This document shows positions 53,630 through 62,724 of a stretch of DNA of 64,000 nt, piece by piece. The notes under the pieces were generated by a model. It was not told where the DNA came from. It was given only the letters and a program-made list of their open reading frames with translations, and ran no database searches. The DNA is from an uncultured Pseudobdellovibrionaceae bacterium (lineage in GTDB: Bacteria; Bdellovibrionota; Bdellovibrionia; Bdellovibrionales; UBA1609). The position numbers were made by a program, and so were the translations under genes. Position 1 is the stretch's first letter. Every line of letters begins with the position of its first letter. The stretch is from assembly GCA_963803705.1 (NCBI GenBank), contig CAWDNU010000001.1:32001-96000 (forward strand), written 5' to 3'.

Positions 53630-53991
53630 TGAAATTACCAAAAAAATTAAAAGATCAGATTCTGTATTATTCATACAATATTCATTTTTCCGACGAAGAC
53701 GAATGCTATATTGTATCAGTGTCAGAAATTAAAGGCTGTATGAGCCACGGTGAGACTCCAGCAGAAGCTATGGAAATGGCCCAGGAAGCAGTAGAGGGTC
53801 ATCTTGAGGTTTTACTTTCTCAAAAGAAAGAAATCCCAACTCCTATTTCAAGAATTAAAGCAAGTGGTGATTTTCTTGTTAGAAGTAATCCTAGGCTACA
53901 TCAGAAGTTGATTATAAAATCGGTAGAATCTGGTTATAAAAGTTTAAATAAATTTATTGTCGATCAACTTGAAGAAATTGCCGAAGGCTAG
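53629..53991 (+). CDS. hicB: HicB-family antitoxin with C-terminal ribbon-helix-helix
   Basis: EIKGCMSHGETPAEA; SGDFLVRSNPRLHQKL...SLNKFI. Confidence 0.92.
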   Translation: MKLPKKLKDQILYYSYNIHFSDEDECYIVSVSEIKGCMSHGETPAEAMEMAQEAVEGHLEVLLSQKKEIPTPISRIKASGDFLVRSNPRLHQKLIIKSVESGYKSLNKFIVDQLEEIAEG

Positions 53992-54348
53992 GTTCAATTG
54001 ATTTGAAATCATAAAGTTTAGACATCATAAATCGGCTCTGATTATCCGTGTTCGGGATTTCTGGTTATTACGTTTTAACTAAATCTCAATTCCCCTATTG
54101 GTAGAGCGTTTAGATTTCAACGAAATTGATTTTCTTGAAGCGAAGCCGAAATACTTGCGTGGTTTTTTCTTGCAAAAGTTCGGTTTTTAATGTGACCATT
54201 TGTGCACCACTTAGATAGTACGTGATTCCCTCTGTTTCAAAATCTGGGGTTAGGCACCATGTAGCCATTTTTGAGTCGGGATCCAATTATTGCTGAAATC
54301 GTTCGGGTTGAATCAAAATCAAGCATTTTAAGCAGCGATTATTATTTT

Positions 54349-54429
54349 ACTAAAAAAATATGATTCTGACGCCGATAGGATGTCATAATCATTTGGGACT
54401 AATTAGGTCAATTTGCCCTGGGAAAGACA
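54349..54429 (+). mobile_element. Orphan second copy of the IS1202-like right end
   Basis: 71/81 identical (hand count) to 48895-48975, same orientation, ending GGGAAAGACA. Confidence 0.85.
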
Positions 54430-54541
54430 TTCAAAATTTGGGATGAACAAATACATGTATCTCGTTCGGTAGAGAATTTTATCAGATATTTAAAGATTTT
54501 ATTTAAATTTCGACTCTGACTTTTGAAGTTAGACTTAAGCT

Positions 54542-55234
54542 TTACTGGCAGATCAATTTGATCAATCCATCACTGGAACCTCGTTCACTAGCTTGGAGTA
54601 TCTGTTTGATTTGGCCAAACTCAAATTCAATAGCATTGACCGGGTTGTTTTCGTCGATAAAACTTACTTTTTCCAACACCCAATCTGGTTCGGAAAGGCC
54701 AAAATCTATGTTAGTTAGCTTAACATTTGTTCCATTACTTAATTGATATTGATCTGCGACCTTTGTGTTTTGCTGACAATCTGAAATTAAGAACATGGGA
54801 AAAATTGTTTCAAGTTGTAGGGCCGTAGATCTAGAATTTGTAGTTCGGCGCGAGGGACAGTCACCTGTAAAAATAATTCTTGGTGCCTCACCACTAACTG
54901 CAATACTGTCTCCGAATAAAATAACTTCCACTTTGCTAAATGCCGAGCATAGACTTTGCCCATATTCGGTGATGAAGTTGCCAAACTTTAAACCAATGAT
55001 GCCAAGGTTTTCGTCTCTGGTGACTGTCGTCGAAAGGATTATGTTTTCTTCTTGAACAATATTTTCGTTTAACAGTAAAGTTTTTTTTACGGGCTGTCTG
55101 GTACCAGCGACTACCCGGCCCTGCTCGTAAAGCCTTGCGGTAGTCTTACCGTCAAAGGATTTGAGACTCATTTTTAAGCCAGCTGAAAAACCTAAAAAAG
55201 CCACTAGTATGGAAAGTCCTTGTACCCATTTCAC
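54542..55234 (-). CDS. Hypothetical membrane-anchored or periplasmic protein
   Basis: N-terminal TM, several Cys; downstream of gshA. Confidence 0.65.
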   Translation of the reverse strand: MKWVQGLSILVAFLGFSAGLKMSLKSFDGKTTARLYEQGRVVAGTRQPVKKTLLLNENIVQEENIILSTTVTRDENLGIIGLKFGNFITEYGQSLCSAFSKVEVILFGDSIAVSGEAPRIIFTGDCPSRRTTNSRSTALQLETIFPMFLISDCQQNTKVADQYQLSNGTNVKLTNIDFGLSEPDWVLEKVSFIDENNPVNAIEFEFGQIKQILQASERGSSDGLIKLICQ

Positions 55235-55281
55235 CTGTCCATATTAACTTAGAAACAAGCTTCACATCAAATTTTTATAGA

Positions 55282-56514
55282 CTATCTGGAAAGTTCTATA
55301 CCTTTCGACTTAAACTCTCGACTTATGGCAAGTAGACCCAATTTTGCAACCCATCCGTAAACGTTTTCCATAAGTTTACCTTCATGGTCAAATTCCAAGT
55401 CGGACACACACAGCCTTGAAAACACAGCGCCCGGGGCATTCAAGTTATCTTCAGGACCTTTGCGCTCGTTCACACGCAAAAAGCCTCCGGCCAATCGGCT
55501 ACCTATCATATATATCGCTGGCTCTGCTACGTGATTAGCTTGGTCTTTAACAATTGTGGGAATACCTTCTTGCAAGATAACGCTGTGAATATCACGGCCG
55601 CCCTTGGCTGCTTTCATTTTTTTTCTAGATTTATAGTTCCATGATTTTACATCGGTTGGATTTTTAACTTCAATGATTCCAAGTCCATAAGTTCCAGCAT
55701 TGTTTTTTATAAATAAATAAGGGTTATGTGGAATTTCATTTTCGGAATATATGACTTTAAGCTCATTGAAAAATTCTTCACAAGCCGCAGTAAGCTTATC
55801 CATACTTTGCTCGTCTTTTAAATTAAAGCCATCGAAGGTTTGAGTTTTTATTTTCAACATTGAACAGTTCAAATTTACTATGTCGCAAAATTCTTCGACC
55901 AACTCATTATATGCTGAAAAAAAACTATCTTTGGTTCGTTCGTGCCAGCCCATTACAATAGGTGGATTGATTGAGGTCGACGTCTCTTTGGCCCAACTAT
56001 CAAAAGCTGTTGAAAAGTCGTTATTACTGACAATTAGGTCAAGCTTGTGACCTGAACTTACCTGACCAGATTTATCAATTTTAACAGGATAGGATTCAAC
56101 TATAAAACCAGAAGCCGACTTAAAAGTTTTCTTGTCTACATTTACTGAAGGCAGAAGTACCTGAACAGAAAAACCGGCTTCTGTTAACAAGGTCTTTATC
56201 CAGTATACATTATCCCAATAAAAGGGATTTGATGTATGTTCTTCAACTAACAAACCAATATTTTCTACCCCAGCCCCATACTGAGAAATAATATACTCTT
56301 GGGCCAAACTAAAAGAACTTTCCTTATCTGCTTGGCAAATATTATTGAAGCCCGCTGGAAATAAATTTGCGTCCACCGGGGCAATTTTATAGCCAGAATC
56401 TCTAATATCAAAACTGCAATAAAATGGTACGTGCTTTAGTTCAACCCGGTCTTTGTACCATCTTTCTAACTCTTTATGTTTAGCTATTACTTTATCATGC
56501 AATAAGTTTTTCAT
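55282..56514 (-). CDS. gshA: Glutamate--cysteine ligase (ATP-grasp-type GshA)
   Basis: PFYCSFDIRDSGYKIAPVDANLFPAGFNN, KNNAGTYGLGI, QEGIPT, NLNAPG. Confidence 0.88.
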   Translation of the reverse strand: MKNLLHDKVIAKHKELERWYKDRVELKHVPFYCSFDIRDSGYKIAPVDANLFPAGFNNICQADKESSFSLAQEYIISQYGAGVENIGLLVEEHTSNPFYWDNVYWIKTLLTEAGFSVQVLLPSVNVDKKTFKSASGFIVESYPVKIDKSGQVSSGHKLDLIVSNNDFSTAFDSWAKETSTSINPPIVMGWHERTKDSFFSAYNELVEEFCDIVNLNCSMLKIKTQTFDGFNLKDEQSMDKLTAACEEFFNELKVIYSENEIPHNPYLFIKNNAGTYGLGIIEVKNPTDVKSWNYKSRKKMKAAKGGRDIHSVILQEGIPTIVKDQANHVAEPAIYMIGSRLAGGFLRVNERKGPEDNLNAPGAVFSRLCVSDLEFDHEGKLMENVYGWVAKLGLLAISREFKSKGIELSR

Positions 56515-57274
56515 ATTCTTCTTTCCCAATAGAATCAGCTAAACACACTGCAGTTCCTACCACAGTTACAGGCAACAATACTAACGTTAAACCCGGTAAA
56601 AATAAAGTCGGCAAAAGAACAACCGTAACCCCCATAAAAAAACTTAAATTCCTGACGTAAATGCTCATTCTCCGAAAAAGACTAACATCGTAGATTTCGA
56701 GCGTGTAGTCAGCGCAGTCGACTGAAATGACGTAGCCAGAATACACTAGGGCCAGTAAATGCAGACCAGGTATAAACGATACGACAAACACAATTATGCC
56801 AAAAAATAAAAAGATGAGCATTCTAAACACCGAGACAGTAAACAATCTTAAATTTAAACGAAGCCAAACTCCCAAATTAAAAGTTCTTACAGGAAAAACT
56901 TTTCTTTTAGCCAAAACTCTTTCACAAGCCATAGAATAAAACGGAATTGAGATAAGCTGAATCAAAATGAAACCGACGTATATAGCTAAAACCGTAAATA
57001 AAATCTTTGTGATAAAGTTGAACACATAGAACAAGCCCCTAAAAATAAATCCTTTGTCCGAGATCCAGTCACTCAAATATGATGCCATTTGTTTCTTTAA
57101 GAATAAGGTGCTCCAGTCCCAACCGTAGTAAAAACTGCAATAGATCATAATCGAACCCAAAACCATTGGAATTAAAATAAAAAGAAATATTTTGAAATCT
57201 GACAAGATTTCTATGAAGCCCTTAGGTAAACACTTTAATCCTGAAAAAAAGTTTAATTTTTTAACTGAGCTCAA
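56495..57274 (-). CDS. EI24/CysZ-like membrane protein
   Basis: Multiple TMs; ISIPFYSMACERV, FIPGL, ADYTL and PVTVVGT resemble CysZ/EI24. Confidence 0.75.
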   Translation of the reverse strand: MSSVKKLNFFSGLKCLPKGFIEILSDFKIFLFILIPMVLGSIMIYCSFYYGWDWSTLFLKKQMASYLSDWISDKGFIFRGLFYVFNFITKILFTVLAIYVGFILIQLISIPFYSMACERVLAKRKVFPVRTFNLGVWLRLNLRLFTVSVFRMLIFLFFGIIVFVVSFIPGLHLLALVYSGYVISVDCADYTLEIYDVSLFRRMSIYVRNLSFFMGVTVVLLPTLFLPGLTLVLLPVTVVGTAVCLADSIGKEEYEKLIA

Positions 57275-58301
57275 GAAAATCCTTAGACTTTTTTATCAGC
57301 TCTGCCTCATTCATCCTGTTCAATTCAAATTTCGGTAAGGTAAAAATTTTTAATTTAGGTTTTGATTTCAATGTAGAAAGAATATTATATCGTTGGTTGA
57401 ACACATTTAATTTATAAGTCAAGTAAGCGCAAGCTTTCAGCTTTCCACTAGTTTTTGCCTCCTTAATAAGTGCTGATAGATCAGATTCAGAAAAAACTTC
57501 AAACTTGTTTATAAATAAAGTTCTGAATTCTAAGCCTTTGGCATTCAATAAGCCCATTTGATGTTCAGCATTTCTAAGACTTTGCTGTTCACATGTAGTT
57601 ACAAAAGCAAAACTGGTGTCTGAAGAGGCAAGTAGCTGTTGACTGCTCTCAAGAGTTTGAAGAATAGTTGGCTGTAACTTTTCTAAGGCCTTCATCAATG
57701 AAATAAGTTGTTCAAAAAAATCAATACCAGTTAATTTCTTTAGAGTTGCAAAAGCGATATCTCTCGTTTTTTTAAAAATGCGCTCAAACCAATTTTTATT
57801 AAAATCTCCGATAAAAAGTTTAACGATTGTGCTTTCAAATAAGTCTTTAAGTTTTTGAGGCGAAGAAAAAAAATCCAAAGAATTCTGTAGCGGAGGGGTG
57901 TCAATAATTATCAAATCGTACTCTGTGGTGCCTACGTGTTGGCTCAAAAAATACAACGAGCTAAATTCTTGCACTCCTTGAATACGCTCTATCAAATGCT
58001 TGAATAACTTGTTGCTTTTAATGCTTAGCGAAGTTTCTAAATCTACTTCTTCTAGTAAATCTTCAAAAATTTTTTTAGAGTTTAGAACTTCAACCTTCAG
58101 GTTCTCGTTTAACTTTTTGTTATCAAATTTACCTCGACTGATTAAAATATCCTTAAGCCTGGGGGACGGATCGAAAGTGGCAATTAATACTTTTTTACCT
58201 TTTACGGCTCTATCGATAGCCGATAGTGCTGACACAGTAGATTTTCCAACTCCACCTGAGCCTAAGAAAAAACAAACCGGCGTGTTTTGGGCTTTACTCA
58301 C
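57261..58301 (-). CDS. ArsA/Get3-family ATPase (second subunit)
   Basis: GSGGVGKST, TFDPSPRL, GVQEF, IIDTPP. Confidence 0.85.
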   Translation of the reverse strand: MSKAQNTPVCFFLGSGGVGKSTVSALSAIDRAVKGKKVLIATFDPSPRLKDILISRGKFDNKKLNENLKVEVLNSKKIFEDLLEEVDLETSLSIKSNKLFKHLIERIQGVQEFSSLYFLSQHVGTTEYDLIIIDTPPLQNSLDFFSSPQKLKDLFESTIVKLFIGDFNKNWFERIFKKTRDIAFATLKKLTGIDFFEQLISLMKALEKLQPTILQTLESSQQLLASSDTSFAFVTTCEQQSLRNAEHQMGLLNAKGLEFRTLFINKFEVFSESDLSALIKEAKTSGKLKACAYLTYKLNVFNQRYNILSTLKSKPKLKIFTLPKFELNRMNEAELIKKSKDFLELS

Positions 58302-59169
58302 CTAAAACCTGCTTCAAAGTAGCTTTCATCTGCTCATCAACCAAGCTTGTGTCCCCATCAAAAGTCATTAGGCAATTTTCTAGTTTTAAATCTCTTAAAA
58401 TAGACTCTTGCTTTGTCTTCTGAAAAACTATACTGGCTTTAATGGAAGTGCCATCATTTTTGCCTTCAATAGGAGTGCTTAAAGCTTGTAGCTCGTTCAC
58501 CATCCGGGTCTCTAAAATTTGATTGACCCAAGGCGTGGAATTCAGACCAAGTTTTTGAAGCTCGCTCTGAAGGTATTCATTTTCTAATACAACTAAAGGT
58601 TCCGCTAGAAAAACTGAATAAATAGTTGTTTTTTTTGGATTTCTTAAAACCTCAAGAATTCCCTTACAGTGGAAACCCATGGGTCCAAAATCAGAAATAT
58701 CAAGAAGAGCTCCTGGCACTTTCAAACAAGATAAAAAATGCCCAGTCGAGGGAGCATCCACAACAACTTGGTCAAATTGTAAGCTAGGCTTTACTCCTCT
58801 TAGGTGACTTGTTAAATATCCTAGAAAAGCGATCTCCCGTAAGGCTGGCGCAGCTTTAATCAATGCTGATATTGCTTTTGAACGATAGAAGGTCTCATAG
58901 ATAAGCCTAAGTTTAACCGAGTGTTTAACAAATTCTTGAAGACAATCTTCGCCATTCCAAGACGCTGCATAATAATTATTGCCCACCTTTTTTGGTCTAT
59001 GTTCCAATATGAGTTGCGGGAAATGATTTGTGGTAGGACTTTGTGTAAATTCTAACCATAAAGTTTTAAAACCATTTTCTGCCAATTGCTTTGCAAAGGA
59101 TAGACTTAAAGTTGATTTTCCAACCCCGCCTTTTCCTGTAAAAAAGTGAATTTTTCTATTTTTTAACAC
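58294..59169 (-). CDS. ArsA/Get3-family ATPase (first subunit)
   Basis: TGKGGVGKST, APALRE, VVDAPSTGH. Confidence 0.85.
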   Translation of the reverse strand: MLKNRKIHFFTGKGGVGKSTLSLSFAKQLAENGFKTLWLEFTQSPTTNHFPQLILEHRPKKVGNNYYAASWNGEDCLQEFVKHSVKLRLIYETFYRSKAISALIKAAPALREIAFLGYLTSHLRGVKPSLQFDQVVVDAPSTGHFLSCLKVPGALLDISDFGPMGFHCKGILEVLRNPKKTTIYSVFLAEPLVVLENEYLQSELQKLGLNSTPWVNQILETRMVNELQALSTPIEGKNDGTSIKASIVFQKTKQESILRDLKLENCLMTFDGDTSLVDEQMKATLKQVLGE

Positions 59170-59337
59170 AAAAACTCAGAAGCTTTGTTGAAGGCTGCTC
59201 TATTCATAGTTATATAACATATCACTAATGTATAAAATATTAAGGACTTATTGTAGAATTTTTAGGGTTTATGGTCAGGATGGCTTCACCCACTCTAAAC
59301 CTATAATTTCTGCCTTAGATCACAAGGAGCCAAACGG

Positions 59338-60630
59338 ATGAAATCTAGCATAGAAACTAGCGACGGACTAAAAAGAACTTTAAAAATTGAAGTTGAACAG
59401 GAAATTGTTCAAGCTGCATTTGAAAAAGAGTTTCAAAAAATTCAAAAAAACTTAGTTCTACCTGGTTTTAGAAAGGGCAAAGCGCCAATGGATCAAGTTA
59501 GATCCATGTATCGTGGCAAGGTAGTGAATGAAGTTGTTGAGGGCTTAGTTAATCGAAATTATTTTGAGGCCTTAAAAGAGCATGATCTCCACCCAGTAAG
59601 TATGCCGCAAATTGATTTAGATGAGGTGACTGAAGACAAAGGTTTCTCATTTAAAGCCACGGTTGAAGTGAAACCCGAGATCGAATTAAAAAAATACAAA
59701 GAGTTTGAGCTAACTAAGGAAAAACCGATTGTTGATGAAGAAAAAGTTCAAACTGTCATTGATCAAATTCTGGACTCAAAAGCAGAAAAAATCCCAGTTT
59801 TCGAAGACAGGCCTGCGCAAGATAAGGATTTTGTGGACATTAACTTTGAAGGATTTTTAGCACCTGGAGAACCTTTACCCAATGGAGCTGCAAACAACTT
59901 TATTTTAGAACTTGGAAGCAACTCTTTTATTCCTGGGTTTGAAGAAAAATTAGTAGGTGCGGCTGTAGGAGTCGAACAGAACCTTAACTTATCTTTTCCC
60001 GAAGATTATCAAGCAACAGAAATTGCAGGTAAAGATGTCAGTTTTAAAGTGACAATTAACAAAATTCTTAGAAAAGAAAGGCCTGAGCTAGACGATAAGT
60101 TGGCAGAGTCTTTGGGTGACCCAAAAATTAAAACAGCTGATGATTTGAAAAAAGGAATTAAAGAGGATCTTTTAAAATCTGAAGAAGAACGCACACTTAA
60201 ATCCATGCAAGAAACAGTTTTGAAGTCATTGATCGATAGCAATCCAGTTGAACTACCAGATTCACTTGTTGATCAGCAAAAAGAAGGTTTGGTGCAAAAC
60301 TCCAAGCAGACGTTGCAGTCACAGGGTTTTAGTGAGTCTGAAATGGATGACTACTACAAAAAGTGGAACGATGACTTTACAAAAAATGCAAAAGATATAA
60401 TACACGTGTCACTGTTGATGGACGCAATAGCTGAGGCTGAAAAACTTAGACCCACAGAAAAAGATGTCGATAATAAAATAGCTGAAATGGTAGCTCAGTC
60501 GGGCCCTAACGCTGACAAAGTAAGAGAGTACTATTCGGACGTAAACAAGAAAGATTCTTTATTTTATAAACTTATGGAAGACCGAGTTATTACTTTTGTA
60601 ATCGACAATTCCAAAGTTAACGAAGCTTAA
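59338..60630 (+). CDS. tig: Trigger factor
   Basis: PGFRKGKAP; FKBP domain FIPGFEE, FPEDY. Confidence 0.96.
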   Translation: MKSSIETSDGLKRTLKIEVEQEIVQAAFEKEFQKIQKNLVLPGFRKGKAPMDQVRSMYRGKVVNEVVEGLVNRNYFEALKEHDLHPVSMPQIDLDEVTEDKGFSFKATVEVKPEIELKKYKEFELTKEKPIVDEEKVQTVIDQILDSKAEKIPVFEDRPAQDKDFVDINFEGFLAPGEPLPNGAANNFILELGSNSFIPGFEEKLVGAAVGVEQNLNLSFPEDYQATEIAGKDVSFKVTINKILRKERPELDDKLAESLGDPKIKTADDLKKGIKEDLLKSEEERTLKSMQETVLKSLIDSNPVELPDSLVDQQKEGLVQNSKQTLQSQGFSESEMDDYYKKWNDDFTKNAKDIIHVSLLMDAIAEAEKLRPTEKDVDNKIAEMVAQSGPNADKVREYYSDVNKKDSLFYKLMEDRVITFVIDNSKVNEA

Positions 60631-61775
60631 AGAACCATTTTTTTAGCCTCGACAACCCAAGGATCCTGCTCAATATTCTTTAGGTCGAATTCTTTTTTGC
60701 TAGACTTCAAGACTATTTCTGGTTTGATACCTTTTTTATCGATTATAGATCCCTTAGGGGAGTAGTATTTCGCTATGGTAAGTTTTACCCCATCCCCGTT
60801 TTCTAGCGGAATCACAGACTGAACAGAACCTTTACCGTAACTTTTTTGACCCATAATCTTAGCCCGATTATGGTCCTTTAAAGCTGCTGTCAAAATTTCG
60901 CTAGCACTAGCTGAACCTTCATCAATCAAAATTGAAAGTTTAATATCTTTGCTTAAGGTTCCTTTTTTCGAAGCATGCAAAACATTTTTTTGATCCTTAT
61001 TACGACCAATAGTCGAAACAATGTCGCCGGAATCTACGAACAAATCTGCCATTTCTACTGCCTGTTTTAATAGACCACCGGGATTTCCCCTTAGATCAAT
61101 TATCAATCCCTTTAATGGTAGTTTCTTTTTTTCCAACTTAGTTATGAACTTTTTAAAATCTTTGGTGGTTTTTTCTAAAAAACTGGTGATTCTAATATAG
61201 TGAATCCCATTTTCAGCGTCCAAAGTTTTTGTTTTCACTGACCGAATTGTGATTTTACCTCTTTTGATCGTAAAATTCAAAAGTTTGCCGACCCCATCTC
61301 TTTTGATTGTTAGCTTAATGCTTGTACCAATCTTGCCCCTTAGTCTTTTGCTAGACTCTACAATATCGAGACCGCGAACTATATCTCCATCTATAGAAAT
61401 AATTCTATCACCGGGTTTTATTCCTGCTTTCTCTGCAGGACTATCTTCTATAGGGCTGATGATCTGTAGTAGTCCGCTCTCCAAGATGACTTCTATTCCT
61501 AATCCTCCAAATCGACCAAGAGTCTCTGATTGAAAATCTTTAAAATCTTCCTTTTCAAGATAAGCTGAGTATGGATCCAAACCCCCTAATAAACCTCTGA
61601 TGCTATTGATCACCATCTTCTTTTCGTTTACATCTTCTACATAGGAGCCTTCTACTAAATTAAAAACTTTGGCGTATAGCCTCAAAAAGTCGTACCTCTG
61701 AGACGAGATCGAAAGCGCAGGGCTCATAACCAATCCAATAACAATTCCTACCACTAAAACACTTATTTTTTTCAT
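60627..61775 (-). CDS. ctpA: Carboxyl-terminal processing protease (S41A)
   Basis: LDPYS, PDZ GLGI, DLRGNPGG, SASASEI, GKGSVQ. Confidence 0.92.
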   Translation of the reverse strand: MKKISVLVVGIVIGLVMSPALSISSQRYDFLRLYAKVFNLVEGSYVEDVNEKKMVINSIRGLLGGLDPYSAYLEKEDFKDFQSETLGRFGGLGIEVILESGLLQIISPIEDSPAEKAGIKPGDRIISIDGDIVRGLDIVESSKRLRGKIGTSIKLTIKRDGVGKLLNFTIKRGKITIRSVKTKTLDAENGIHYIRITSFLEKTTKDFKKFITKLEKKKLPLKGLIIDLRGNPGGLLKQAVEMADLFVDSGDIVSTIGRNKDQKNVLHASKKGTLSKDIKLSILIDEGSASASEILTAALKDHNRAKIMGQKSYGKGSVQSVIPLENGDGVKLTIAKYYSPKGSIIDKKGIKPEIVLKSSKKEFDLKNIEQDPWVVEAKKMVL

Positions 61776-61779
61776 TTTG

Positions 61780-62724
61780 TTATCTCCGGAATTTAACCCA
61801 CTCTGAAGGGTCTAGGGATTCAGTATCGAATCTTAATTTTAATTCAACTACTGATGATTTGACGAGGCCAAATTGTTTATCAGGACTTAAGGGGTCATTA
61901 ATTAGAACACCTGGCACTGAAGCCACTCCAATATAGAAGCTTCTGACATTTTCTGTGTGTTTGACTATTAATATCTGACCTAAATTGGGAACGTAGATTT
62001 CTCCTTCCAAGATTCCATCCGAAATTGGATAGACTGCTTCACCTCTTTTGGCTGAAAATTTCAATCCCTCATTATAGTCATAAACTCTCTCGCCAGGAAT
62101 TTTGTAAAAGCCTTTCGAGGCTATAATTTTGGAATTTTTGATGGGTCGACGAAGCTTCCCAATCTTTTTGAAGAAATCACGGTCTGGACCACTACTTTCC
62201 AAATCTTGCCTGAGATAGCTTTGAAGTGCGTCAAGCTCTTCAATCTCGTTGTTAATTTTAATAACCAATCCACTGCCTGACAGAATTGATGCTCGTAATT
62301 TTTTTTTAGACTTTACTAACGATTCATTTGTTTTTATTAGATCAACTGATAACTCCTGAACTCTTGTAAATTCAAAATTCCAATTTTTAAAAGTTTGTAG
62401 CATCAAAAGATTTCGGTTGCTAGAGTCCTTAACTTTAAACTTAATGATCTCGACTGCGAATTTGGGAAAGTTATCTTTGATACTCTGTAAAATTCTTAAA
62501 TTTTCAGACCTTATACTTTCTATTCTTAATTTCATTTCTTTAATCTCTTCTTCTAGAAAAAGTATATTTTTTTGAGCTTCACTACTTTTCAAGATTAAAT
62601 TTTTAATTTTATTTTGAAGCTTGTACTTTTCAAGAGTCACTTCTCTGTAGATAGAATCCTCGGCAAAAAGTAAGATCGGCAGTATTAGAAAATAAGCCAA
62701 TACTTTAATTTTCAATGAAGTCAT
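61780..62724 (-). CDS. EnvC-like coiled-coil protein with degenerate LytM domain
   Basis: Signal peptide, coiled coil, M23-like C-terminus without HxxxD/HxH; follows ftsEX. Confidence 0.7.
   Translation of the reverse strand: MTSLKIKVLAYFLILPILLFAEDSIYREVTLEKYKLQNKIKNLILKSSEAQKNILFLEEEIKEMKLRIESIRSENLRILQSIKDNFPKFAVEIIKFKVKDSSNRNLLMLQTFKNWNFEFTRVQELSVDLIKTNESLVKSKKKLRASILSGSGLVIKINNEIEELDALQSYLRQDLESSGPDRDFFKKIGKLRRPIKNSKIIASKGFYKIPGERVYDYNEGLKFSAKRGEAVYPISDGILEGEIYVPNLGQILIVKHTENVRSFYIGVASVPGVLINDPLSPDKQFGLVKSSVVELKLRFDTESLDPSEWVKFRR

Noticed and set aside
54090..54125. TTGGTAGAGCG resembling a tRNA D-arm
   Set aside because: No acceptor stem, anticodon arm or T-loop
54236..54251. TTCAAAATCTGGGGTT as the left duplication for the orphan right end (13/16 to 54430-54445)
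   Set aside because: Not followed by TGT or a subterminal repeat; may be chance in AT-rich DNA
54110..54268. 52-codon minus-strand ORF (MATWCLTPDF...)
   Set aside because: No recognisable motif or clear RBS; may be a decayed fragment
57261..59169. Arsenic-resistance operon
   Set aside because: No arsB/acr3, arsC, arsD or arsR nearby; motifs fit the Get3/Bag-like pair better
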